Source: Terriglobia bacterium (GTDB lineage: Bacteria; Acidobacteriota; Terriglobia; 20CM-2-55-15). From it: a stretch of 64,000 nucleotides of DNA. Shown here piece after piece: positions 29,224 to 37,950 of this stretch (position 1 is the first letter of the stretch; every line of letters starts with the position of its first letter). The notes under the pieces were generated by a model that saw only the letters and a program-made list of their open reading frames with translations, made no database searches and had not been told where the DNA came from. The stretch is taken from assembly GCA_965218585.1 (NCBI GenBank), contig CBDCLE010000001.1, positions 128,001-192,000 of the forward strand. The letters are read 5' to 3'. Both the position numbers and the translations under genes were made by a program.

Positions 29224-30303
29224 GTGTCCCGTTACGAGAAGGCCGAAGCCACTCTGCTCCGTTACAAACTCGACAAGCCCGTTGGTGGATCGGGAGTGTC
29301 CGCGATTGACGTCGTGCTGGTCGAACTGAGGGACTCGGACGGCGCGACCGGTCTGGGCTTCAGCTATGTGATTGGTGGTGTAGGCGGCGAGATTGTTCTG
29401 GCTGCCGCACGTTCCCAGTTGGAGAGACTCGTCGAAAACCACCCCGTGGTGGGGCCTCCCTCACTGTGGCAGACGATTGCAGCCAGCTTCAACAGAATGG
29501 GTTTAGGTCCCAACATGCTGGCACTTGCTGCTATCGACGTCGCTGCCTGGGATCTGGAGGCGAATCGCCGGGGTGTGCCTCTGGTTGTTGCGATGGGAGG
29601 AGTCTCTCGAGCGGTACCTGTTTACGGGAGCGGGGGTTTTACGGCCAACCAGACGCCGGAGGAAGCGGCCGAGACGGCGGCGGCACATGCGGCGCGCGGA
29701 CTTTCAGCCGTTAAACCAAGGGTCCGCGGTGAGTCCCGAGACGCGGGATTGATGGCTGCCGTCAGGGATGTGCTTCCCGATGACGTCGGCATGATGTTTG
29801 ACGCCAACGAGAAGTGCGACCTTCCTCGGGCGCGTCGACTCCTGGCCTCTGCCCGTGACCATGGAGCTCTGTTTGTTGAAGAGCCTCTGCCGGCGGACTC
29901 GGTAGAGGATTACCGTTCGTTAACAGAATCCGGTGGGGCGATTGTTGCCGGGGGCGAGCACCTGCAGGGGCGAGCCGCGTTTTTCTTTTTCGTTTCAGAG
30001 CACCTGCTGGGACTCGTTCAGCCTGACCTGGCCATGGCAGGGGGGCTTACGCCGGCGTTGGAGATCGCGGCCCTGGCCGATACCTTCAACGTGTCGATGT
30101 CCCCGCATTTCCTGCCTGGACTCTTTGTTCACGTTGCGGGTGTTTCGCCGGCCGTCACCTGGCTCGAAGAATTTCCCTTGCTGGAGCCCTTGTTTGAGGG
30201 TTGGCCTCGGCTGGGGCCCGATGGTTCGATGGAACCAAGGGATGTTCCCGGGCACGGATTGCGGGTAGAAGAAGATATCCGACAGAAGTTTGCGGCGTCC
30301 TAA
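29224..30303 (+). CDS. Mandelate racemase/muconate lactonizing enzyme (enolase superfamily)
   Basis: IDVAAWDL, VPVYGSGG, KPR, DAN, EEP, GEH, QPD, PH. Confidence 0.9.
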   Translation: MSRYEKAEATLLRYKLDKPVGGSGVSAIDVVLVELRDSDGATGLGFSYVIGGVGGEIVLAAARSQLERLVENHPVVGPPSLWQTIAASFNRMGLGPNMLALAAIDVAAWDLEANRRGVPLVVAMGGVSRAVPVYGSGGFTANQTPEEAAETAAAHAARGLSAVKPRVRGESRDAGLMAAVRDVLPDDVGMMFDANEKCDLPRARRLLASARDHGALFVEEPLPADSVEDYRSLTESGGAIVAGGEHLQGRAAFFFFVSEHLLGLVQPDLAMAGGLTPALEIAALADTFNVSMSPHFLPGLFVHVAGVSPAVTWLEEFPLLEPLFEGWPRLGPDGSMEPRDVPGHGLRVEEDIRQKFAAS

Positions 30304-30386
30304 TGTATTATTTTCTCCCTGCGGTGTGACAGAGCAAAGGGTACCGCGACCCCTGAGAGGTGGGCCTGCGGTTGGGTGATTAAAAT

Positions 30387-31268
30387 ATGGCAAATCTTGG
30401 GTATGTAGGCTTGGGTGAGATGGGTGCCCTTATGGCGAAGCGGTTGATGGACAAGGGGCACACCGTGACAGGTTACAATCGGACAAAGTCAAGGGCCCAG
30501 TGGCTGATCGACGAGGGCATGGGTTGGGCCGATTCTCCGCGCGAAGTTTGTGAAGCTGCTGACGTAACGTTCTCGATGGTCAGCAATTCAAAGGCTCTTA
30601 CAGAAGTTGTCGATGGGCCGGACGGCTGGTTGGCAGGAGTCCGCGACGGCAAGATGCTCGTCGAGATGAGCACTGTCAGCCCCGCGGTGAGCATGGCCAT
30701 AGCCGAGCGTGTTCGAGAGAAGGGTGGGGATATGGTCGATTCACCCGTGTCGGGCAGCTTGAGTACGCTCAAGGAGGGAAAGCTCACGATGATGGTCGGG
30801 GGAAACCCCGAGACCTTCGAGAAGATAAAGCCCATCCTGGCTGACATTGGGCCACGGGCGACGTACATGGGTGCAAATGGTCGCGGGCTGGTCATGAAAC
30901 TCGCGACAAACATCAGCGTTGCGGTGCAGATTCTGGCCTTCTCCGAAGGTGTCCTGCTTGCAGAGAAGCACGGCATCGATCGGGAGACGGCGCTGGAGGT
31001 TTTCACCCACAGTGTGCTGGGATCACCGCTGGTGAAATACCGGGCTCCATTTTTTATGGAGATGCCGGAAAAAGCCTGGCACAACGTGAATATGATGCAG
31101 AAGGATCTGCTTCTTGCGCTGGAAATCGGGCGTGAAGTCGACGCCATGCTGCCGACGACAACGGCAGCGAACGACTTTATGACGGTTGCAAGGGGCATGG
31201 GTTTCGCCGATCAGGATTTCGCCGTCGTTTTTAAGGCGTTACAAAGAATGTCTGGAGTTACCGAATGA
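30387..31268 (+). CDS. Beta-hydroxyacid dehydrogenase (3-hydroxyisobutyrate/tartronate semialdehyde family)
   Basis: GYVGLGEMG, YNRT, EMSTVSP, DSPVSG, KLATN, KDL. Confidence 0.9.
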   Translation: MANLGYVGLGEMGALMAKRLMDKGHTVTGYNRTKSRAQWLIDEGMGWADSPREVCEAADVTFSMVSNSKALTEVVDGPDGWLAGVRDGKMLVEMSTVSPAVSMAIAERVREKGGDMVDSPVSGSLSTLKEGKLTMMVGGNPETFEKIKPILADIGPRATYMGANGRGLVMKLATNISVAVQILAFSEGVLLAEKHGIDRETALEVFTHSVLGSPLVKYRAPFFMEMPEKAWHNVNMMQKDLLLALEIGREVDAMLPTTTAANDFMTVARGMGFADQDFAVVFKALQRMSGVTE

Positions 31269-32254
31269 CAAAATCTGCAAGTTCCCACACCGATGTTGAA
31301 ATCGAGCAATGGCTCCGAATGTATCGGACTATGCAAAAAATCCGATGCTTTGAGGATGCGGCCAACGAACTCTATACCTCGGCGATCATGCCGGGGTTGA
31401 CACATCTCTATTCGGGTGAGGAAGCGATCGCTGTAGGTGTGTGTGAAGCGCTTCGCAAGGACGATTACGTCACCAGCACGCACCGTGGACATGGACATTG
31501 CGTTGCAAAGGGAGCGGCCCTGGATCGCATGTTTGCTGAACTCCTGGGCAAGCGGGCCGGCTACTGCAAGGGCAAGGGCGGGTCGATGCACATTGCCGAT
31601 CCCGAGACGGGCAACCTGGGCGCCAATGCCATTGTCGGTGGAAGTGCCGGCATTGCCACGGGTGCAGCGTTCTCAGCCAAGCGGCTCGGCACGGATCAGG
31701 TGGCGGTCTGCTTCTTCGGCGACGGCGCACTTGGACAGGGATTGCTTTACGAGGTCATGAACATGGCCGCCCTCTGGAAGCTGCCCGTGATCTACGTCTG
31801 CGAGAACAATCTGTACAACGAGTACACGCACAATTCGGAAACCCTCGCCGGTGACATCGTCGAACGCGGTGCGGCGTTCGGGGTTCCCGGTCATCATGTG
31901 GATGGCCAGGACGTACGCGCCGTTCACGACATTACGGCCGGTCTTGTGGGCCGAGCCCGCAATGGAGAGGGGCCGTCCTACCTTGTTGCCGATACCTATC
32001 GTTTCCACGGTCATCACGTCGGCGATATCAATCGTACGTATTACCGTTCCAAGGACGAAGAGGCAGAGTGGAAGACCAATCGCGATCCGATCAAAAACTT
32101 CGGCGCGTGGTTAGTCACTGAACAGATTGCCGATAGCGACGGTCTCGCCGGGATCGAGGCTGAAGTTCAGAGCGAAATCGATGCGGCTGTCGAGTTTGCG
32201 AAGGACGCTCCTTACCCTGCGGTCGAAGAGGTGGATGAAGATGTCTATGCCTGA
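31265..32254 (+). CDS. TPP-dependent 2-oxoacid/acetoin dehydrogenase E1 alpha
   Basis: HLYSGEEA, STHRGHGH, GGSMH, FFGDGA...CENN, YRFHGH; ATGA overlap with the previous gene. Confidence 0.92.
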   Translation: MTKSASSHTDVEIEQWLRMYRTMQKIRCFEDAANELYTSAIMPGLTHLYSGEEAIAVGVCEALRKDDYVTSTHRGHGHCVAKGAALDRMFAELLGKRAGYCKGKGGSMHIADPETGNLGANAIVGGSAGIATGAAFSAKRLGTDQVAVCFFGDGALGQGLLYEVMNMAALWKLPVIYVCENNLYNEYTHNSETLAGDIVERGAAFGVPGHHVDGQDVRAVHDITAGLVGRARNGEGPSYLVADTYRFHGHHVGDINRTYYRSKDEEAEWKTNRDPIKNFGAWLVTEQIADSDGLAGIEAEVQSEIDAAVEFAKDAPYPAVEEVDEDVYA

Positions 32255-33242
32255 AACTCAAACTGCAGTCCGTCAACTTACGCTGGGCGAAGCTGTTCGG
32301 GAGGCGCTCTCGGAAGAATTACGGCGCGACCCGACCGTTTTGATTCTTGGCGAAGATATCGCCGAGGCCGGAACCGCCTTCAAGGTCCTGACCGGTATGG
32401 TCGACGAGTTCGGGCCTGAACGCATCCTGGATACGCCGATATCGGAACCGGGCTTTACCGGAATTGCAGTCGGTGCTGCCATGACGGGCCTGCGTCCGGT
32501 CGTAGACATCATGTTTGGCGATTTCATAGGACTCACGATGGATCAGATGGTGAACCAGGCTGCGAAGATCCACTACATGTCAGGCGGCAGCTGGAAGGTT
32601 CCACTGGTGATGCGGACGACACTGGGCGCGACCAGGCGCACCGCCGCGCAGCACTCGCAGTCGTTGCATGCATGGTTCTGTCACGTGCCGGGCTTAAAGG
32701 TCGTCATGCCGTCAACGCCATACGACGCCAAGGGACTCATGAAGTCCGCGATCCGGGACGACAATCCGGTCGCCGTCTTTGAAGACAAAATGATGTACAC
32801 GCTCAAGGGACCGGTTCCGGAAGAAGAGTATACGATTCCCCTGGGTGTGGCCGACATCAAGCGCGAGGGTGAAGACCTTACGATCGTTGCGACCAGCAGC
32901 ATGGTCCAGGTGGCCCTCGGTGCGGCCAATATGCTGGAAGAACACGACATAAGTGCTGAAGTTGTGGATCCGCGCACGCTTTGGCCGCTCGATGAAGAAA
33001 CGATTCTGAACTCCGTGAGAAAGACATCGCATGTCATAGTCATGGACGAAGGCTATGGTCGATACGGCGTTATGGCTGAACTCGCCGCAACGATTACCGA
33101 AGGCGCTTTCTTTGATCTGGAAGCGCCTGTAAAGAGAATAGGAGCAATGCATGTTCCCATTCCGTTCTCTCCGCCGCTGGAAGATGCAACGGTGCCGACC
33201 GAAGAGATGGTGTTTGAGGCGGCGAGGGAACTCTGCGGATAG
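32241..33242 (+). CDS. 2-oxoacid/acetoin dehydrogenase E1 beta
   Basis: GEDI, DTPISE, GLRPV, AQHSQ, PSTPYDAKG, DPRTL.P; start 32241 or 32247. Confidence 0.92.
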   Translation: MSMPETQTAVRQLTLGEAVREALSEELRRDPTVLILGEDIAEAGTAFKVLTGMVDEFGPERILDTPISEPGFTGIAVGAAMTGLRPVVDIMFGDFIGLTMDQMVNQAAKIHYMSGGSWKVPLVMRTTLGATRRTAAQHSQSLHAWFCHVPGLKVVMPSTPYDAKGLMKSAIRDDNPVAVFEDKMMYTLKGPVPEEEYTIPLGVADIKREGEDLTIVATSSMVQVALGAANMLEEHDISAEVVDPRTLWPLDEETILNSVRKTSHVIVMDEGYGRYGVMAELAATITEGAFFDLEAPVKRIGAMHVPIPFSPPLEDATVPTEEMVFEAARELCG

Positions 33243-33381
33243 CCGTTTCAATCGATCCAACGGCCCGGTAATTCATTTAGGGGGCACCGTTGGCCAACCG
33301 GCGCGTGGAGCCTGTAGCCCTTGATCCGTAAGGGATTTTCAACTATTCTCAGGCTATCCAAAGTCGAGAGAGAGAGGACCT

Positions 33382-34770
33382 ATGATCCAAGAACCCGTTT
33401 CAGCCGAAAGCACCCAGATTCAGGAACTTGTGGCCCAATCCCGCCTTGCGCAAGCGGCCTTCGAGTCGTTTTCCCAGGAGCAAGTGGACGCGATTGTCAA
33501 AGGCATTGGCCAATATGTCTTCGACAACGCCGCCGAGTTGGCCAGGCTTGCCGTCGACGAGAGTGAGATCGGCGTATATGAAGACAAGATTCTCAAGAAC
33601 CAGGTCAAGCCCCGCATCATCTGGAACAGTCTGAAGGGCAAGAAGTCCCGCGGCATCATCGATGAGGATCTCGAGGCCAACCTGATTTACGTGGCCAAGC
33701 CCATGGGCGTGGTTGGAGCCGTGACACCGATCACCAATCCGATTGTGACGCCGATGTGCAATGCCATGTTCGCCCTCAAGACGGGAAACTCGGTGATTTT
33801 TGCGCCCCATCCCAAGGCCCTGAACTGCACGAGGGTTCTGACTGATGCTTTCATGAAGATCGTGAAAGATAACGGTGGGCCCGACAACCTGGTTCAGATG
33901 GTGAGTCCGGTGTCGGTCGAAGCGACCCAGGAACTGATGAAGGCCGTGGATGTGATCGTCGCCACGGGCGGTCCGGCCATGGTGAAGGCCGCTTACTCCT
34001 CGGGCAAGCCTTCCTTTGGAGTGGGAGCCGGCAACGTGCCTGTGATCCTGGATGTGGATGAGGATGCGGAACTGGACGAGGCCATAGGGAAGATCGTCGC
34101 AGGTGCTTCCTTTGACAACGGCATCATTTGCTCTCACGAACAGTTCGTTCTGGTCCCGGATGAGCAATATGCCCAAGCACTGGAATCGTTTGAGGCCACA
34201 GGCAAGGTGTGGTTCACCGAAGACGAAGAACTGATCCAGAAATTCCGAGATGTCGTCTTCCCGGACGGTCAGCTGAGCCGCGACGTTGTCGGCAAGTCCT
34301 GCACCGAAATCGGGGCTATGGCTGGAGTAGACGTTCCCGAATCGGCCCGCATTATTCTCGTCCCTGCCAAGGGCTCGGGCACTGAGGACGTTCTGGCCAA
34401 GGAAAAGCTTTGTCCTGTCGTGGCGATCCTTCCCTACAAGGATTTCAAGGAAGCCGTGGCCAAGGCAAAAGCCAATCTTCTGGTGGAAGGTGCGGGACAT
34501 TCTGCCGGCGTACATTCCTCGAACGAAGACAACATCCGGTATGCGGGACTGGAACTACCCATAAGCCGTCTGGTTGTGAACCAACCGTGCTCTTTCGCGG
34601 CCGGCGGTTCGCTGTCCAACGGTTTTGCCGCCACCACCACACTCGGTTGCGGCTCCTGGGGTGGTAACTCGATTTCAGAGAACCTGGACTACAAACATCT
34701 GATGAACGTCTCGCGAATCGGGAAGGTGATCGACAAGCAGGTTCCCACGGATGAAGAAATCTGGGCATGA
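33382..34770 (+). CDS. CoA-acylating aldehyde dehydrogenase (AdhE-N/SucD type)
   Basis: P.TNP, HP.A, ATGG..MV.AAYSSGKP.FGVGAGN, FDNG.ICS.EQ, EKL.P, TLGCGSWG.NS.S.N. Confidence 0.9.
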   Translation: MIQEPVSAESTQIQELVAQSRLAQAAFESFSQEQVDAIVKGIGQYVFDNAAELARLAVDESEIGVYEDKILKNQVKPRIIWNSLKGKKSRGIIDEDLEANLIYVAKPMGVVGAVTPITNPIVTPMCNAMFALKTGNSVIFAPHPKALNCTRVLTDAFMKIVKDNGGPDNLVQMVSPVSVEATQELMKAVDVIVATGGPAMVKAAYSSGKPSFGVGAGNVPVILDVDEDAELDEAIGKIVAGASFDNGIICSHEQFVLVPDEQYAQALESFEATGKVWFTEDEELIQKFRDVVFPDGQLSRDVVGKSCTEIGAMAGVDVPESARIILVPAKGSGTEDVLAKEKLCPVVAILPYKDFKEAVAKAKANLLVEGAGHSAGVHSSNEDNIRYAGLELPISRLVVNQPCSFAAGGSLSNGFAATTTLGCGSWGGNSISENLDYKHLMNVSRIGKVIDKQVPTDEEIWA

Positions 34771-34816
34771 GATCTGCCCTGGATATTGACTAAATCATGA
34801 CGAAGATGCCGGTGGC

Positions 34817-34842
34817 GAAAGCTGTCAGCGGACAGCTTTTCT
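34817..34842 (+). terminator. Small hairpin, possible terminator or RNA-stability element
   Basis: GAAAGCTGTC-AGCG-GACAGCTTTTC. Confidence 0.45.
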
Positions 34843-34865
34843 GATTCAATTTTTGGAGGTGTGCA

Positions 34866-36230
34866 GTGGCGATAAGAACACATGGAGCCAGCGCGGTCGA
34901 TTGGGAACAGCGCATCAACTTTGACCGGTTGCGGAAGGAGCGACTCGATAAGGCGAAGCAGCAGCTGAGGAAGGCGGAGATTGGTTCGCTGCTCTGTTTC
35001 GACATGAACAACGTGCGCTACCTGACTTCAACGAACATAGGCGCATGGTCCATGGACAAGGTCAGTCGATTTGCCTTGTTGGCGCAGAACGACGACGGTC
35101 CGGTGATGTGGGACTTTGGATCGGCGGCCAAACACCATGAATTGAACTGCCCGTGGCTCGGTGATGACGAATTCGGAGAGCCCCGCTCGCGGGCCGGTAT
35201 ATCGCTGCTGCGTGGCGCAATATCCCCTGAAATGGGCATTGCAGAAGACGTTGCGCGCAAGATCAGGATAGAACTGGAGAAACGCGGTCTCCAGAACGAG
35301 CCTGTGGGTATCGACATTGTCGAGCCCCCGGTGTGGTTTGCTCTGGAACGGGAAGGTCTGAAGCTTGTCGACGGACAGCAGATTCTCATGGACGCCCGGG
35401 TGATCAAGACGGAAGACGAAATTTCGCTGCTCAATCATGCCGCGATGATGGTGGACGCGACTTACCATGAAATCTATAAGGCCATGAAGCCGGGGATGAT
35501 GGAGAGTCAGGCCGTGGGCCTGGCCAGCAAGACCCTGTACGACCTCGGGTCGGAATACGTCGAGGCGATCAACGCCATCTCAGGAGAACGCTGCAGTCCG
35601 CATCCGCACATCTTTTCAGACCGCGTCCTTCGCCCGGGCGACCCCATATACTTCGACATTCTCCAGTCCTACATGGGGTACCGGACGTGCTATTACAGAA
35701 CTTTCATGGTCAATTACGGTTCTCATGCCATGGTTGACTCCTACAAGCGGTGCCGCGAGTACCTGGACGCGGCGATCGAACTGGTGCGTCCGGGCCGGAC
35801 CACATCCGAAATCGCCTCCGTGTGGCCGAAGTCAACGGAGTTTGGCTTCCCGACCGAGGAGTCCTGCTTCGGACTGCAGTACGGTCATGGAATCGGGCTG
35901 GCGATCTGGGAAAAGCCGGTCATCAGCCGGTTGGTGTCGCTCGATCACCCGACGGTCATCGAGCCCGGTATGGTATTCGCCCTCGAAACATTCTGGCCCT
36001 CCAGCGACGGTTGGAGCGCGTCGCGCATCGAGGAAGAGATCGTCGTTACCGAGACCGGCCATGAAATCATCACGCGCTTTCCTGCCGAAGAATTGATGGT
36101 TGCCGGTGCCACCTACCACACGGTGAAGGGACCGTTGCCGACGACACGCGAACATGCGCCCCCAGCAAGCCAGAAAGTTCTGGAAATGATCGAAGCCAGC
36201 GCAAAGACAGAAGTGGGAGTGGTCGAGTAA
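34866..36230 (+). CDS. M24 (Xaa-Pro peptidase/creatinase) fold hydrolase
   Basis: AR.IKT..EI, GHGIGL..WE.P, GMVFALET, RIEEEIVVT. Confidence 0.85.
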   Translation: MAIRTHGASAVDWEQRINFDRLRKERLDKAKQQLRKAEIGSLLCFDMNNVRYLTSTNIGAWSMDKVSRFALLAQNDDGPVMWDFGSAAKHHELNCPWLGDDEFGEPRSRAGISLLRGAISPEMGIAEDVARKIRIELEKRGLQNEPVGIDIVEPPVWFALEREGLKLVDGQQILMDARVIKTEDEISLLNHAAMMVDATYHEIYKAMKPGMMESQAVGLASKTLYDLGSEYVEAINAISGERCSPHPHIFSDRVLRPGDPIYFDILQSYMGYRTCYYRTFMVNYGSHAMVDSYKRCREYLDAAIELVRPGRTTSEIASVWPKSTEFGFPTEESCFGLQYGHGIGLAIWEKPVISRLVSLDHPTVIEPGMVFALETFWPSSDGWSASRIEEEIVVTETGHEIITRFPAEELMVAGATYHTVKGPLPTTREHAPPASQKVLEMIEASAKTEVGVVE

Positions 36231-36257
36231 GGATTCGCGCCCAAACCAAGAGAGTTT

Positions 36258-37469
36258 ATGGCTAAAAACGTTGTGATGCCTGCGCTCGAGATGGCGCAGG
36301 AGACGGGGACGATTGTCTCGTGGCTCAAGAAGGAAGGCGATGCCATCACTAAGGGCGAACCCCTTCTGGAAATCGAGACCGACAAGGCGACCGTTGAAAT
36401 CGAAGCTCTCGCTAACGGAGTACTTGCGGGTGTGAAAGCGGGGGAAGGCGACGAGATACCGGTCGGTCAGACGATCGCCTGGATCGTCGCGCCTGGAGAA
36501 GAACCCCCGGCCGAGACCGAGGAGGCTGTCACCGGTCGCACCACGTCTCAGGCTCGATCCAGTGCAGCCACTGGGTCGGCGAAGCCCTCCGGAGGCGCAA
36601 AGAAGGCAAAGCCGGCCGGCGGTAGGAAGGTGTCTCCCAAGGCCAAGCGTCTTGCTAAGGATCACGGCGTGGATCTGTCGTCGGTCGTGGGCACAGGCCC
36701 GGATGGCGCGATCACGGGCGAAGACGTTCTCGCCGCTGCCAAGTCGGGTACCGCAGCCTCGGCTGAGGAAGCCGCCTCCGATGCCGCAGCCCCAGCTCCG
36801 TTGAGCACGGTCGCGCGCCTGATGGCCGAACGCACCAGCCAGAGCTGGAACCAGGCCCCACACTTTTTCCTTATCCGGGATGTCGACGCTACCGCGCTCA
36901 ATGAGCTGCGGGCGAAGGTCAGGCCGGAGATCGAGAAGGATAAGGGCGTCAAGGTGACGCACACCGACATTCTTGTCGCTTTGATCGGCCGCGTTCTCGA
37001 GAAACATCCAAAGATGAATGCGACCTGGAATGGAAAGGGCATTGTCCTCAATCCGAATATCAACGTCTGTATCGCGATGGCCGTGGAAGACGGTGTCGTC
37101 AGTCCGGTCGTCGCGGATGCCAACAAAGCTGAACTGGGTGATATCGCGATTCGGAGGCGAGAACTGACCGAACGCTCACGGTCCGGCAAGCTCCAACCGC
37201 CCGACATCACCGGGGGAACCTTCACGATGAGCAACCTCGGTATGTTTAGTATCGATGCCTTCACGGCGATCATAGTTCCACCGCAAGCCGCGATCCTGGC
37301 GATCGGTGCAATTGGGGACCGTGTGGTGCCGGTGGACGGGGAGCCCGGCATACGTCCGGTGATGACGATGAGTCTGTCCAGCGATCACCGCGTTGTGGAT
37401 GGAGCCCAGGCCGCACTCTTCCTGAACGACCTGGTTGCCGCTATCGAAGACCCTCAAAGCGTCCTGTAA
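36258..37469 (+). CDS. Dihydrolipoamide acyltransferase (E2)
   Basis: Lipoyl ETDKA, E3-binding SP.AKRLA...GTGP.G.I, GGTFTMSNLG, DHRVVDG. Confidence 0.92.
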   Translation: MAKNVVMPALEMAQETGTIVSWLKKEGDAITKGEPLLEIETDKATVEIEALANGVLAGVKAGEGDEIPVGQTIAWIVAPGEEPPAETEEAVTGRTTSQARSSAATGSAKPSGGAKKAKPAGGRKVSPKAKRLAKDHGVDLSSVVGTGPDGAITGEDVLAAAKSGTAASAEEAASDAAAPAPLSTVARLMAERTSQSWNQAPHFFLIRDVDATALNELRAKVRPEIEKDKGVKVTHTDILVALIGRVLEKHPKMNATWNGKGIVLNPNINVCIAMAVEDGVVSPVVADANKAELGDIAIRRRELTERSRSGKLQPPDITGGTFTMSNLGMFSIDAFTAIIVPPQAAILAIGAIGDRVVPVDGEPGIRPVMTMSLSSDHRVVDGAQAALFLNDLVAAIEDPQSVL

Positions 37470-37780
37470 GGGCAACACCCACCAGCATCGACATCGCGCA
37501 CAGCGAGCCGGGGACAAAAGTGTCGGCCCAAGTAAAGACCCATCAACGGGAGAAATCCTGAAGGTTAAGACCGGGGTCTCAAGCCTCTGATCCACCGCCA
37601 TGAGGCAGCCTCGAACCCTGTATGGCTGCCTACCCCTCCCCCGAGTGGTCACCGCTTCATCATCCGGTCGGCGCTATTACTGCTTGGACGGCATGTAACA
37701 TGTTGTAAATAAATGGTGTACCTCGCTATTTTGCCGATCTTGTAGCTGCCTGAAGGCCACAGGGAAGAGCATGGGGCACC

Positions 37781-37797
37781 ATACCCCCGTACCGTAT
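37781..37797. promoter_or_regulatory. CsoR/RcnR-family-like operator (degenerate)
   Basis: ATACCCCCGTACCGTAT, upstream of receptor copy 1; same ATAC...GTAT span as the two sites below. Confidence 0.5.
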
Positions 37798-37950
37798 TGT
37801 TTGGGGTTCCCTCCTACAGTACTGTTCAGCCCAGTATTTCCTTTGATAGATGCAAATGAATGGAAACAGTCTATGGGGTGCGGAGACGCGGATGGCGTGC
37901 CGGTAGGAGTGCGCGTTGCCGTTGCTCTCCCTTGTGGAGGAGGAAAATAA

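Noticed and set aside
37470-37950. Cobalamin riboswitch or ncRNA upstream of receptor copy 1
   Set aside because: Only a short GCCACAGGGAAG resemblance and one 8-bp hairpin (37603-37631); no B12 box. An Infernal/Rfam scan would settle it.
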